Shown here: piece after piece, positions 1 through 9,256 of the stretch
How positions within the stretch are numbered: position 1 is the first letter of the stretch
How the letters are laid out: each line of letters opens with the position of its first letter
Source of the DNA: an uncultured Methylococcaceae bacterium
Lineage (GTDB): Bacteria; Pseudomonadota; Gammaproteobacteria; Methylococcales; Methylomonadaceae
NCBI GenBank assembly: GCA_964509475.1
Contig: CAZDXJ010000017.1
Coordinates: forward strand, 1-37,166
Length of the DNA stretch: 37,166 nt
Reading direction: 5' to 3'
Position numbers and translations under genes: made by a program
Notes under the pieces: generated by a model
The model's database searches: none
Seen by the model: the letters and a program-made list of their open reading frames with translations, nothing else
Told to the model about the DNA's origin: nothing

Positions 1-116
1 TCTATTTGTTCTTGCAGAAGCGCTTGTTTGAAATGCAGCCATAACAAACAGGAAACCAGGTAAATATAAAATTGAATTTCTATGCCTTTTTCATTATGAG
101 ACCCCAATAGACCTAT

Positions 117-758
117 TTAATCGAATAAGTTGAAAATGACATTGGCAATGGAATCGACTAGATCATCGGTGCCAGCCTTCCCCGTTGAAAAATTATCGGA
201 TAGGGGAAGGGCGTGTTTTTTTTGGGCTTGTGTTTTTTTTGCATGTTGTTTATGCAGTAATTGCCCTCCGGCTTTTTTCCATTCCAGTAAATGGATTAAA
301 TCACCGTTATCCAGCCAAACGCCGTGAATCGGACATTTATTGATGACAACGCCGCTGCGGTAACCAAAATTAGCGCGTTTCATAAAATTCCGGCATTGCG
401 GGCATTTGATATAACGCACTTTTTTGGCGCCTTGATAACGATCCCGGTTGATATTAACAAGATGTTTCAGATTGATATGGATCGCCCCGGACACGGATTG
501 TTCCAAAAGCACTTCCAGTTCACCCGGATCGAAAAACAGGCCGAAACATTGCGTACAATGTTCGATGAACAAAGGATTGGCTTTTTTTAATAAGATGGTT
601 TGCAAGGGAATGTCGCAATGCGGGCAAATCCGATTGGAAAATTCCTGCGCTACCTGGTAGTTTTGCCCGCTCAAATCGACATCATTGCGGGTGCCACAGT
701 ACCGGCAGCGATTGCTGTTGGCCGGCAAAGGGGCTGAACAACTGCTGCAACGCGCCAT
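117..758 (-). CDS. Tandem zinc-ribbon protein (zf-TFIIB-like, YdjG-like). It has three CxxC...CxxC ribbons, e.g. CPHCDIPL...CTQCFGLFFDPGELE and CPQC...CPIHGVWLDNGDL.
   Basis: 213-aa ORF. The ribbon motifs are read directly from the translation. The ATG at 758-756 directly abuts the stop of the upstream SPFH gene at 759-761. Pairing of a zinc-ribbon protein with an SPFH protein is known from the B. subtilis pspA-ydjGHI operon. Confidence 0.6.
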   Translation of the reverse strand: MARCSSCSAPLPANSNRCRYCGTRNDVDLSGQNYQVAQEFSNRICPHCDIPLQTILLKKANPLFIEHCTQCFGLFFDPGELEVLLEQSVSGAIHINLKHLVNINRDRYQGAKKVRYIKCPQCRNFMKRANFGYRSGVVINKCPIHGVWLDNGDLIHLLEWKKAGGQLLHKQHAKKTQAQKKHALPLSDNFSTGKAGTDDLVDSIANVIFNLFD

Positions 759-1775
759 TTAAAATCCATCCAGAATCTGTTTTTTTTTGGCTTGATATTC
801 CTGGTCGGTAATCAGGCCCGCTTCAAAAACCTGTTTCAACTGGGTCAGTTTGTCCATGATGGCATTGTTGTCTTGTTGGGTCGTAACGTTTCCAAAACCG
901 CTCTGTAATGTATTGGTCAGTGTCTGTCCCAGACCGATACCCGCCCCCAAACCCATGCCGGCGCCGGCCGCGCCGCTTTCATTACGCGCCGCTTCGCGCA
1001 TGGCTTCCAATTGTTGCACACTGGCGTAATCCAGCCCCACGGCTTGAGCAGCCTGCGCTTCAGCCGTCAAATCGGCAATCCGGTTGATGCGTTGTTTGGT
1101 GTTTTCATCGAAATCCGTGCCTTCAATACGGAAGTCGGTTATCGCAAAACCCAGTTTGGAAAAATCCGCCGTCAGTTTTGCATGTATGCCAACGGCAATT
1201 TCTTCGCGCTGGGCATCGATTTCGGCGAAAGAAAAGCGGCTTTCGGCCAGAAAGTCGCTGAGTGGATGAATAATCCGGCTGGACATGACCTGACGAAAGT
1301 CATCGATATAAAAGTCGTTATGACTACCAACGACATTGACGAAAAAATCACGCGGTTCGGTAATGCGGTAGCTGTAATTGCCATAGGCCTTCAAGCCGAC
1401 AGGAAACTTGTATTTGGGGTCATCGTAACGGATAGGCGAGCTTGTCCCCCATTTTTGGTTGAGAATTTTACTGGTTCGGAAAAAATAAATGGCGGCTTTA
1501 TGCTCACTTTCAAAAAACTGCATGAATTTTTTGATCGTTGTCCAGAAAGGGATGTTGGCGGTTTCCAGTGCGATCAAACACTCGTCCGTCAAAACCGATT
1601 GCACCTTGCCTTCGTAGACGAACAGGCAACCTTGTCCTGGTCCGACGATCAATTTTGAGGCGTTTTTTATTTCATCGCCATTATCGGTCCATTGTTGAAA
1701 TAACAAATTCGGGTGCGGGTTCCGCCATTCAATAACGGAACGTAACTGCCGTTTGATGCCATCGAATAAAGCCAT
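759..1775 (-). CDS. SPFH/band-7 (Band_7_1, YdjI-like) domain protein with a Gly/Ala-rich linker and a C-terminal SHOCT-like motif (LITDQEYQAKKKQILDGF).
   Basis: 338-aa ORF. The N-terminal ~250 aa have SPFH-like composition; the C-terminal ...LKQVFEAGLITDQEYQAKKKQIL matches the SHOCT consensus. Tightly linked to the downstream zinc-ribbon gene. Confidence 0.65.
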   Translation of the reverse strand: MALFDGIKRQLRSVIEWRNPHPNLLFQQWTDNGDEIKNASKLIVGPGQGCLFVYEGKVQSVLTDECLIALETANIPFWTTIKKFMQFFESEHKAAIYFFRTSKILNQKWGTSSPIRYDDPKYKFPVGLKAYGNYSYRITEPRDFFVNVVGSHNDFYIDDFRQVMSSRIIHPLSDFLAESRFSFAEIDAQREEIAVGIHAKLTADFSKLGFAITDFRIEGTDFDENTKQRINRIADLTAEAQAAQAVGLDYASVQQLEAMREAARNESGAAGAGMGLGAGIGLGQTLTNTLQSGFGNVTTQQDNNAIMDKLTQLKQVFEAGLITDQEYQAKKKQILDGF

Positions 1776-1868
1776 AGTTCAGATCCGGAGTGTTTTGTTG
1801 TTCAGATAAAGTCTAGCATATTGTCCGCATTAATCGATACATTAGGAAAACGGGTTTTTGCCGATCCT

Positions 1869-3068
1869 TCATTCCGCTCGTAATGCCTCCAAAGGTTGCA
1901 GTCTGGCTGCTTTCATGGCCGGAAAAACACCGGACAGCAAACCAATCAATAAACACAGCGTCAACGATCCGAATATATAAGGCCAGGCCAGATGCACAGG
2001 AAGCTGCGGAATGAACAAGGCGATACTTTGTACAATGGCGATGCCCAACAAAATTCCGGCACAACCACCGCTGGCGCTCAATAACAGCGCTTCCGACAAA
2101 AACAGTTGAAAAACCGTTTGACGCTGTGCGCCGACGGCACGTAATAAACCGATTTCAGCAACACGTTCGGAAACGGCAATGGTCATGATCGTGAAAATAC
2201 CAACGGCGCCAACCAGCAGTGAAATGCCTCCCAGGGCGCCAACGGCAAGGGTCAGGATATTGAGTACCGAATCCAGTGTTGCCAGCATTTGCTTTTGGGT
2301 AATGAGTTTGAAGTCCTCCTGGCCGTGCCGGTTTATCAATAAACGGGCAATCGAGGCCGTAACTTTTTCTACCGAAGCGTTTTGGGCATAAAGCAAATCA
2401 ATTTCCATTAAACTTTCCCGATTGAACAAGGCCAACGCCTTGGCAGCCGGAATATACACCGAATCATCCAGATCAAAGCCCAGCATCTGGCCTTTGCTTG
2501 CCATGACCCCGATCACCCGGAACCGATCGCGGCCAATACGAATACGCTGGCCCAGAGGATTAGCGGAAGCAAATAATTCCTGTTGTAATTTACTGCCTAA
2601 AACCGCGAATGCGCGTGGATTGTGGAGTTCACCGGAAGGCAGGAAACGGCCGCTCCGTACCTTGATTTTCCATACCTCGGGAATCGCCGGGCCGACGCCA
2701 AATACACTGGCCCGGCGTTGCCGTTGCCGGGCTTCGATGCGGGCATTGCCCTGCAGGAACGGGACGACAGCGATAATGTTTTCCAGGCGGGTAAGGGCAT
2801 TGGCGTCGGCCAGGGTCAAGGGCCGGACGTTGTTGATGACCGCGCCGGACAAACCAAAAACACTGGTTTTTCCAGGGGTAACGGCAACCAGATGGGTACC
2901 GAACTGGGTAAACTCCGCCAATACATAACGGTGGATGCCATTGCCTATGGCGGTCAGTACAATGACCGAGGCGATACCGATGATGATGCCCAAAGCGGTT
3001 AACAGGGAGCGTAATTTGTGACTCATCAAGGTACGCAGGGACAAATCGATTAAATCGAAAATACGCAT
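1869..3068 (-). CDS. ABC transporter permease, FtsX/MacB-like (DevC-like), second of two permeases.
   Basis: The ORF track gives 1869..3161. The likely true start is the internal ATG at 3068 (MRIFDLIDLSLRTLMSHKLRS...), which sits 2 nt after the stop of the upstream permease. The N-terminal TM helix, large periplasmic loop and C-terminal FtsX-type TM bundle pattern are typical of MacB-type permeases. Confidence 0.8.
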   Translation of the reverse strand: MRIFDLIDLSLRTLMSHKLRSLLTALGIIIGIASVIVLTAIGNGIHRYVLAEFTQFGTHLVAVTPGKTSVFGLSGAVINNVRPLTLADANALTRLENIIAVVPFLQGNARIEARQRQRRASVFGVGPAIPEVWKIKVRSGRFLPSGELHNPRAFAVLGSKLQQELFASANPLGQRIRIGRDRFRVIGVMASKGQMLGFDLDDSVYIPAAKALALFNRESLMEIDLLYAQNASVEKVTASIARLLINRHGQEDFKLITQKQMLATLDSVLNILTLAVGALGGISLLVGAVGIFTIMTIAVSERVAEIGLLRAVGAQRQTVFQLFLSEALLLSASGGCAGILLGIAIVQSIALFIPQLPVHLAWPYIFGSLTLCLLIGLLSGVFPAMKAARLQPLEALRAE

Positions 3069-3072
3069 AGGG

Positions 3073-4278
3073 CTATCTCCGCGACAAGGTGCGGATCGGA
3101 TCCAAACCGGCGGCTTTGAAAGCCGGTAATGCGCCAAACAGCAAGCCTGTACCAATGGCAACCGTCAAGGCCGCAAACAAGGCCCAATCGGGAACAACCA
3201 GGATGAAATCGGGATAAAGGATTTGCAGTGCGAATACCGCTATTTGTCCAAGCAAGAATCCCAGGAATGCACCGGAACCGGACAATATCGCCGCTTCGCT
3301 GATAAACAGGCCGAGTATATGCGGTTTGCTTGCACCGAGCGCTTTCAACAAACCAATTTCAGAGGTACGCTGGCTGACACTGATCAGCATCACGTTCATG
3401 ACCAGAATACCGGCAACGGCCAGGCTGATGGCGGCGATGCCGGCAACGGTCAGGGTCAGTGCGGTCAGAATTTTATCAAAAGCGCTGACCACGCTATCCT
3501 GGGTGATTACGGTAATATCCTCCTCACCCTCATGGCGGGCCTTGATAATCTGCCGGATTTCGCGGCTGGCGGCATACATGGCCGATTTGGATTTGCTTTC
3601 CGCCAGAATACGGAACAAGGCCTGGCGATTGAACAGGCTTTGCGCCGAGGCAACCGGAATAATGAGCATTTCATCAAAATCGACACCAATGGATCGGCCT
3701 TCGCTGGCCAATACGCCAACGATCCGAAAACGCCGGTCGTTGATACGCAGCCATTGTCCAAGAGCTTTTCGGCCGGAAAACAACTCACGTTCAATGGTGT
3801 GCCCTATGACGCAAACCGGAAGGCTTTTTTCGGCATCCATGGCGGGCAGGAAGCGGCCTTTGGCCATTTGTAAATGCCGCACCTGCCGCAATGCAGCGGT
3901 TGACCCGATAATATTGGTTTCCCGCTCCAGTCCAAAGGCGGAAACCGGTGCGGAACCGATCATGACCGGTGCGATTGCCGCGATATGCCGGTTCCTGCCG
4001 ATTGCTTTGGCATCATCCAGGGTCAAATCGCGTGCTGTTTCGCCAAACAAAGGCGGTTGTCCACCGGTGGTTTCCGTGCGGCCAGGCAAAACAATCATTA
4101 AATGAGTACCTAACGATTCAAATTCATGCACGATATACAAACGCGCACTTTCACCCAGGGTGGTCAGTATCGTGACCGAAGCCACACCGATACTCATGGC
4201 TAACAAGATCAGGCTAACACGCAGGGGTTGAGCCAGAATGGCTCCGGTTGCAAAATGCAAGGTATCGCTTAAACGCAT
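3073..4278 (-). CDS. ABC transporter permease, FtsX/MacB-like, first of two permeases.
   Basis: 401 aa. N-terminus MRLSDTLHFATGAILAQPLRVSLILLAMSIGVASV; the C-terminal region has FtsX-like TM helices. It follows the ATPase gene with a 5-nt gap. Confidence 0.8.
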   Translation of the reverse strand: MRLSDTLHFATGAILAQPLRVSLILLAMSIGVASVTILTTLGESARLYIVHEFESLGTHLMIVLPGRTETTGGQPPLFGETARDLTLDDAKAIGRNRHIAAIAPVMIGSAPVSAFGLERETNIIGSTAALRQVRHLQMAKGRFLPAMDAEKSLPVCVIGHTIERELFSGRKALGQWLRINDRRFRIVGVLASEGRSIGVDFDEMLIIPVASAQSLFNRQALFRILAESKSKSAMYAASREIRQIIKARHEGEEDITVITQDSVVSAFDKILTALTLTVAGIAAISLAVAGILVMNVMLISVSQRTSEIGLLKALGASKPHILGLFISEAAILSGSGAFLGFLLGQIAVFALQILYPDFILVVPDWALFAALTVAIGTGLLFGALPAFKAAGLDPIRTLSRR

Positions 4279-4283
4279 CGGCT

Positions 4284-4946
4284 TCAGGTTTGGATTTTGC
4301 CATCGACAAGACGGATTCGGCGCCGGGCACGCTGCCCCAAGGCCTGATCATGGGTAATCAAAATCAAGGTGACGCCTTTTTGGTTCAGCGTTTCCAACAG
4401 ATTCATGATTTCCAGGCCGGTTTGACGATCCAGGTTACCGGTGGGTTCATCGGCCAGTAACACGGCCGGCTGCATGATCATGGCGCGGGCAATGGCAACC
4501 CGCTGCCGCTGCCCCCCCGATAGCTGGTCAGGGCGATGTCCGGCACGCTCTTCCAGGCCAACTGCCTGTAGGATTTGGCGGATGCGTTGTCTGCGGATTG
4601 CCGGTTCGATACCGGCCAGCATCAAAGGGATAGCGATGTTTTCAGCAGCATTCAGGCGGGGTATCAAATGAAAAAACTGGAATACAAAACCAATGTTTTC
4701 GCGGCGGATTCGTGCCAGTTCATTATCACTCAATTGGGTAACATCCTGACCATTGAACAAATAACGCCCTGAATCGGGTTTATCCAGCAAAGCGATAATG
4801 TTCAACAGGGTTGATTTACCTGAACCGGAAGGTCCCATGACCGATACGTATTCTCCTGCTTTGATATGCAGATTGATATCACGCAATGCATGAATCGGTT
4901 GTCCACCAATTTGAAAGGTACGGCAGATATTATCCAGTTGTATCAT
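4284..4946 (-). CDS. ABC transporter ATP-binding protein (MacB/LolD-like nucleotide-binding domain).
   Basis: Walker [13 protein letters not shown] signature [14 protein letters not shown], Walker [13 protein letters not shown]-loop ITHD. Its start overlaps the HlyD stop in an ATGA arrangement. Confidence 0.9.
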   Translation of the reverse strand: MIQLDNICRTFQIGGQPIHALRDINLHIKAGEYVSVMGPSGSGKSTLLNIIALLDKPDSGRYLFNGQDVTQLSDNELARIRRENIGFVFQFFHLIPRLNAAENIAIPLMLAGIEPAIRRQRIRQILQAVGLEERAGHRPDQLSGGQRQRVAIARAMIMQPAVLLADEPTGNLDRQTGLEIMNLLETLNQKGVTLILITHDQALGQRARRRIRLVDGKIQT

Positions 4947-6085
4947 TCTTTTATCGTATAGATCCCGGCCTTGACCCCTTCGCGGCCAACGGAAAGCACA
5001 ATGTCTTCGCCGGCTTCAAGACCGGACAGGACTTCGGTGAAATTCCAGTTTTGCAAACCGGTTTTAATGATGCGTTCGACCAACAAACCATCGGCTTGCC
5101 GAACCAGGACCTTGTTGCCTTCCAGAATCGCTTCGGTCGGTATTCTCAAGGTATGCGGTTTTTGGGCAATGAGAATTTCGATGTCGGCGCTGTAACCAGG
5201 GAGCAAACCGTCCAGCTGCGAGCGGTCGGCCAGTTTGACCTCGACTTCCACGGTGCGTGCCTGTTTTTCCTTTTCCAGCACATAGGGGGCAATCCGGGTG
5301 ATTTTTCCAGAACAACGCGGTTCTGGAAAAGCATCCAGGGACACACAGACGGAAAGATTATTGCGAATCCTGGGGGCATCGACTTCATCGATAGGCGCCG
5401 AGATATACAAACAGCTTGTATCGATCAGATCAATCGCCGGCAGGGTTGGAATGCCGGGGGGGGAAGGGGTAATGTATTCACCCAGTTCAGCATTGACTTC
5501 GGCAATGACACCCTTGAATGGCGCCCGGATTCGGGTTTGTTCAATCGCCGCCCGGGTGACTTGCAAACGCGCCTGATCGACGATAACTTGTTGTTTGGCA
5601 GCGCGGCAGGCGGCTTGTTGGGCACGGGCCTTGGTCCGGGCCAGATCCACGGCTTCATCCGATACGATTTGTCCCTGATGTTTCAGTTTCGATAAGCGCT
5701 GTGCCACCCGGTAACTTCCGGCTGCGGTTTGGCAGCTTTGTTCGGTGCGGGCACGATCACTTTTGATTTGCGCTTTGTCGAGATCGAGCCGGGCTTGCAG
5801 GCCTTTATTCCAGACTTCCAATAGGACCTGATTTTTTTGGACAATATCGCCTTCATGGACATCGAGCCGGGTGACTTCACCGCCCGCGCCCGGTGCCAGA
5901 TAAGCCCGGCGGCAGGCCTTGACGGTACCGACACGGGTATTGGATACGGTTTCCTTGACCTGGCCTGAGGCAACGCGATAGAAACGCAGCCGGATGGGCT
6001 CAGGCCGTTGCAAATAATAGATAGCGGCCAGGATTAACATTAATACAATAATGCCAAGTCCAGACGATTTTCTGGAAACGGTCAC
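4943..6085 (-). CDS. HlyD-family periplasmic adaptor (membrane fusion protein) of the ABC exporter.
   Basis: 380 aa. N-terminal TM anchor (GLGIIVLMLILAAIYYL), then a coiled-coil/lipoyl-like region typical of MFPs. It is the first gene of the four-gene exporter operon. Confidence 0.8.
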   Translation of the reverse strand: MTVSRKSSGLGIIVLMLILAAIYYLQRPEPIRLRFYRVASGQVKETVSNTRVGTVKACRRAYLAPGAGGEVTRLDVHEGDIVQKNQVLLEVWNKGLQARLDLDKAQIKSDRARTEQSCQTAAGSYRVAQRLSKLKHQGQIVSDEAVDLARTKARAQQAACRAAKQQVIVDQARLQVTRAAIEQTRIRAPFKGVIAEVNAELGEYITPSPPGIPTLPAIDLIDTSCLYISAPIDEVDAPRIRNNLSVCVSLDAFPEPRCSGKITRIAPYVLEKEKQARTVEVEVKLADRSQLDGLLPGYSADIEILIAQKPHTLRIPTEAILEGNKVLVRQADGLLVERIIKTGLQNWNFTEVLSGLEAGEDIVLSVGREGVKAGIYTIKE

Positions 6086-6124
6086 GCTATCAAACCGCCA
6101 GGGTATGGGTGTGAAGGCCGGATT

Positions 6125-6433
6125 TTATTCATAATGCCGCAAGCGTTGACGCAGCATTTCGATTTCCTCAAGCAGTTGCAGAACCAGGGCGGCACCGGCA
6201 AGATTGATGTCCAAATCGCGCTGCAAATGCCGCGTTGTATGCAAACGTTTCAAGGCCGCAGCGTCGAATACCCAGTCATACACACTGGCGCCGCTTGGCT
6301 CCAGTATACCTTCGTTGACCATTTCGATGACATATTCGGCGCTGACTTTGCCGTATTCGCAAAATTCAAACAAGCTGAACCGGGTTTTGTCATCGAGCAA
6401 GGTTCCTGAAATGACATTCATTTTGTTGTTCAT
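6125..6433 (-). CDS. cbpM: Chaperone modulatory protein CbpM (MerR-like).
   Basis: 102 aa. The pattern FSLFEFCEYGKVSAEYVIEMVNEGILEP...WVFD resembles E. coli CbpM ([27 protein letters not shown]...WVFD). It lies immediately downstream of cbpA. Confidence 0.8.
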   Translation of the reverse strand: MNNKMNVISGTLLDDKTRFSLFEFCEYGKVSAEYVIEMVNEGILEPSGASVYDWVFDAAALKRLHTTRHLQRDLDINLAGAALVLQLLEEIEMLRQRLRHYE

Positions 6434-6438
6434 GATGC

Positions 6439-7392
6439 TTATACTCCCATTTTTGCACGCGGGTTCATGGGCATGGTTTTCGCCATTTGTTCATACAAGG
6501 CCTTTTGTTCAGCGCTATGCGCCGGCGGGGTGACGATACGCAATACGGCATACAGATCGCCACGGGGCGTACCCGGCAGACCTTTGTTCTTCAAGCGCAG
6601 TTTTTGCCCGGATTGGGAATTGGGGGGTATTTTCATTGATACCGTACCATCCGGCGTTGGAATGGAAATACTGCCACCCAATGCGCTTTCCCAGGGAGTG
6701 ACCGGCAGATCCAGGTATAAATCCTTGCCTTCGGCATGGAACCAGGGATGTTTATTGAACTCGATGGTCAAATACAAATCGCCGTTTTTACCCTGGCCAT
6801 AGCCGGATCCGCCTTGTCCGCTCAGACGTATGCGTTGTCCGGCAGTAATGCCTTTGGGAATTTTGACGTTTAATACCCGTTGCTTGTTGATGACATGGCC
6901 TTGTTCATCCAGTTCCGGTACGGTCAGGGATAACGAGCGCGTGGTGCCATGAAAGGAATCTTCCAGATCGATCAGGATTTTTGCGTGTTGATCAGAGCCA
7001 TCGGTGTGAAAATAGGATTCATAATGCCTGCTCCGGTTCTCTGTTGCCCGCTGTTGCCCGAAAAGGCTTTCAAAAAACTCACTGAAGCCACGGCTGTCGT
7101 GATCAGTAAAGCCACCGCCCCGGAATACAAAACCGGCATCCCAGCCCGGCGGCGGCGTGAACGGTTGGCCATCCTGAAAGTTACTGCCCATGCGATCATA
7201 AGCCGCGCGTTTTTGCGGATCTTTCAAAACCTCATAAGCCTCGCCCAATTCCTTGAATTTTTTCTCGGCATCACGTTCCTTGCTGACATCCGGGTGGTAT
7301 TTCCGGGCCAGCTTGCGGTAAGCGCGTTTGATTTCATCCTGGGTCGCGTTTTTGTCAACCCCCATGATTTTGTAATAGTCTTTATATTGCAT
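6439..7392 (-). CDS. cbpA: Curved-DNA-binding protein CbpA (DnaJ homologue).
   Basis: J-domain MQYKDYYKIMGV...KLARKYHPDV with the HPD motif; C-terminal DnaJ substrate-binding region (GDLYAVLRIVTPP) colinear with E. coli CbpA. The track ORF starts at 7443, but ATG 7392 (MQYKDYY) is the conventional start. That start overlaps the mpl 3' end by 11 nt. Confidence 0.9.
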   Translation of the reverse strand: MQYKDYYKIMGVDKNATQDEIKRAYRKLARKYHPDVSKERDAEKKFKELGEAYEVLKDPQKRAAYDRMGSNFQDGQPFTPPPGWDAGFVFRGGGFTDHDSRGFSEFFESLFGQQRATENRSRHYESYFHTDGSDQHAKILIDLEDSFHGTTRSLSLTVPELDEQGHVINKQRVLNVKIPKGITAGQRIRLSGQGGSGYGQGKNGDLYLTIEFNKHPWFHAEGKDLYLDLPVTPWESALGGSISIPTPDGTVSMKIPPNSQSGQKLRLKNKGLPGTPRGDLYAVLRIVTPPAHSAEQKALYEQMAKTMPMNPRAKMGV

Positions 7393-8755
7393 GGTTATTG
7401 ATTTCGGTTTTGAGGCGTTGATGCAGGCCTGCGAAAGAACCATTGCTCATCAGTACGAAATGGCTCCCGCAAGACATTCTGGCAGCCAGTTTAGCGACAA
7501 TTTCATCAATTGTCCGCAGTATTTGTATATTTTCAGCATACTGGCAAAGCACACCCAAATCCCAATCGACATCGTCCGGCTGGTAAATGAAGGCTTGATC
7601 GGCATCGGCCAGGGATAAAGCCAGGGTTTCAGTATGCACCCCCATGCGCATGGTATTGGAACGTGGTTCGACGATGGCGATAATGGTTTCATGACCCACC
7701 CGTTTGCGCAACCCTTGTAATGTGGTTTTTATCGCGGTCGGATGATGGGCGAAATCATCGTAAAGCGTTACCGTATCCGTTTTGGCAATGACCTCCATGC
7801 GTCTTTTCACGTTGGCAAACTTCGACAAGGCCTTGCAGGCATCGGCTGGTGTGATGCCGACATGGCGGGCTGCGGCGATGGCCGCCAGGGCGTTGCTGAC
7901 ATTGTGCGCTCCGGTCAGTGGCCAGGTGATCCGGGCCTGTTTTTGTTGCTGGTAAAAAACATCAAAAGCGCCGCCATCGGCATGATGCAAAACCGCATTC
8001 CAGGCGGTTTGTGCATCTTGACTTCCTATCGCGGTATTTTCAATCGGCGTCCAGCACCCCATGGCCAGAACATTCTGGATATGGGTATCGTTAGCGGGGG
8101 CGATGATCAAACCCTGGCCGGGGATGGTGCGTACCAGGTGATGGAACTGACGTTTAATGGCCTCCAGATTGGGAAAAATATCGGCATGATCAAATTCCAG
8201 GTTATTCAGAACGGCGGTGCGCGGTTTGTAATGGATGAATTTTGAACGTTTATCGAAAAAAGCGGTATCGTATTCATCGGCTTCGATAACGAAAAACGAA
8301 GAATCGCCAAGACGGGCCGACAAACCAAAGTTCAACGGGATGCCGCCGATCAAAAAACCTGGTTTGAAACCTTGATGTTCCAGAATCCAGCTCAACATAC
8401 TGCTGGTTGTGGTCTTGCCGTGCGTACCGGCGACAGCCAATACCCATTTGTCCTGCAAAACATGCTCGGCCAGCCACTGGGGACCGGAAATATAACGTAG
8501 TCCCTGATTGAGTACGGCTTCAACTTCCGGGTTGCCGCGCGACAGGGCGTTGCCAATGACGACCAAATCCGGTTTGCCATGCAAATTGTCGGCACTGTAA
8601 CCCTCCATGAGCTGAATGCCTTGTTCGGCAAGCTGCGTACTCATCGGCGGGTAAACATTTTGATCGGAACCCGAGACCTGATAACCCAATTGTCTGGCAA
8701 TCAAAGCCAGTCCCCCCATAAATGTACCGCAAATGCCCAAAATATGAATATGCAC
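7382..8755 (-). CDS. mpl: UDP-N-acetylmuramate:L-alanyl-gamma-D-glutamyl-meso-diaminopimelate ligase (murein peptide ligase Mpl).
   Basis: 457 aa, nearly colinear with E. coli Mpl (MHIHILGICGTFMGGLA..., AGTHGKTTT P-loop, DDFAHHPTAI). GTG start at 8755. Confidence 0.9.
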   Translation of the reverse strand: MHIHILGICGTFMGGLALIARQLGYQVSGSDQNVYPPMSTQLAEQGIQLMEGYSADNLHGKPDLVVIGNALSRGNPEVEAVLNQGLRYISGPQWLAEHVLQDKWVLAVAGTHGKTTTSSMLSWILEHQGFKPGFLIGGIPLNFGLSARLGDSSFFVIEADEYDTAFFDKRSKFIHYKPRTAVLNNLEFDHADIFPNLEAIKRQFHHLVRTIPGQGLIIAPANDTHIQNVLAMGCWTPIENTAIGSQDAQTAWNAVLHHADGGAFDVFYQQQKQARITWPLTGAHNVSNALAAIAAARHVGITPADACKALSKFANVKRRMEVIAKTDTVTLYDDFAHHPTAIKTTLQGLRKRVGHETIIAIVEPRSNTMRMGVHTETLALSLADADQAFIYQPDDVDWDLGVLCQYAENIQILRTIDEIVAKLAARMSCGSHFVLMSNGSFAGLHQRLKTEINNHAI

Positions 8756-8772
8756 GATTGTAACCTTGGTTG

Positions 8773-9000
8773 TCAGGCCTGTTTATGCCAGGTAATATCA
8801 ATTTTTCGATGCTGAGAGACGCAATCGCGAAGATACAAACTAATTAGACTTTGGTAAGGAACACTGGAGTCCTCGGCCATATCCTTAAAATATTCTATAA
8901 CATCCTCGCTAAGTCTCATTGTCACTGGTTTTTTTAACTTTGAAGCATATGGATTTTTCCTAGACTCCATTGTTGATAGATCATATTCTTTTTTCATCAT
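8773..9000 (-). CDS. brnA: BrnA-family antitoxin (CopG/RHH-like, type II TA).
   Basis: 75 aa. MMKKEYDLS...NPYASKLKKPVTMRLSEDVIEYFKDMAEDSSVPYQSLISLYLRDC matches the BrnA consensus (KK.VT.RLD.DV...FK.....GYQT.IN..LR). Its start overlaps the end of the upstream BrnT-like frame, as in brnTA operons. Confidence 0.8.
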   Translation of the reverse strand: MMKKEYDLSTMESRKNPYASKLKKPVTMRLSEDVIEYFKDMAEDSSVPYQSLISLYLRDCVSQHRKIDITWHKQA

Positions 9001-9190
9001 GAATCACCTTGAACTTACGCTCTTTCTTGATCGCCTTGCGTGCGGAAATATACTCCGCACGCTCACGGATGCGGAACCTGTCACCTGGAATATTTAGATT
9101 GCGGTGGCAGCAGGCGGATTGAAGTCCTCTGGCATTCCGGCGACGTCCAAAATTCCGCAAGCCCAGCCCTTCCACGGAAGAGCTGGGCAA
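8981..9190 (-). pseudogene. BrnT-like toxin remnant (DUF497/COG2929). Only the C-terminal motif is recognisable; the N-terminal half is missing or degenerate.
   Basis: The frame ends ...GDRFRIRERAEYISARKAIKKERKFKVIHDEKRI, matching the BrnT C-terminal signature (RIISARKAT..ER..Y). The longest in-frame ORF has only a TTG start and 69 codons. No FEWD..KHGVSFEEA N-terminal motif is found in any of the three frames up to the stop of the 543-aa gene at 9257. Confidence 0.35.
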
Positions 9191-9256
9191 GCCTGTCTGC
9201 CAACAGGCAGGCGTGACCGCGTGCAGTATAGTTGTTTTCTTTGTCGGCTTTTTTGC

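Noticed and set aside
1011-1658. Long antisense ORFs inside well-supported genes (e.g. 1011-1658, 3326-4105, 4886-5695, 11744-12151, 26223-27167, 30749-31237, 28876-29355).
   Set aside because: They lie fully within, and opposite to, genes with strong family signatures. These are typical shadow ORFs of GC-moderate coding sequence, with no independent motifs.
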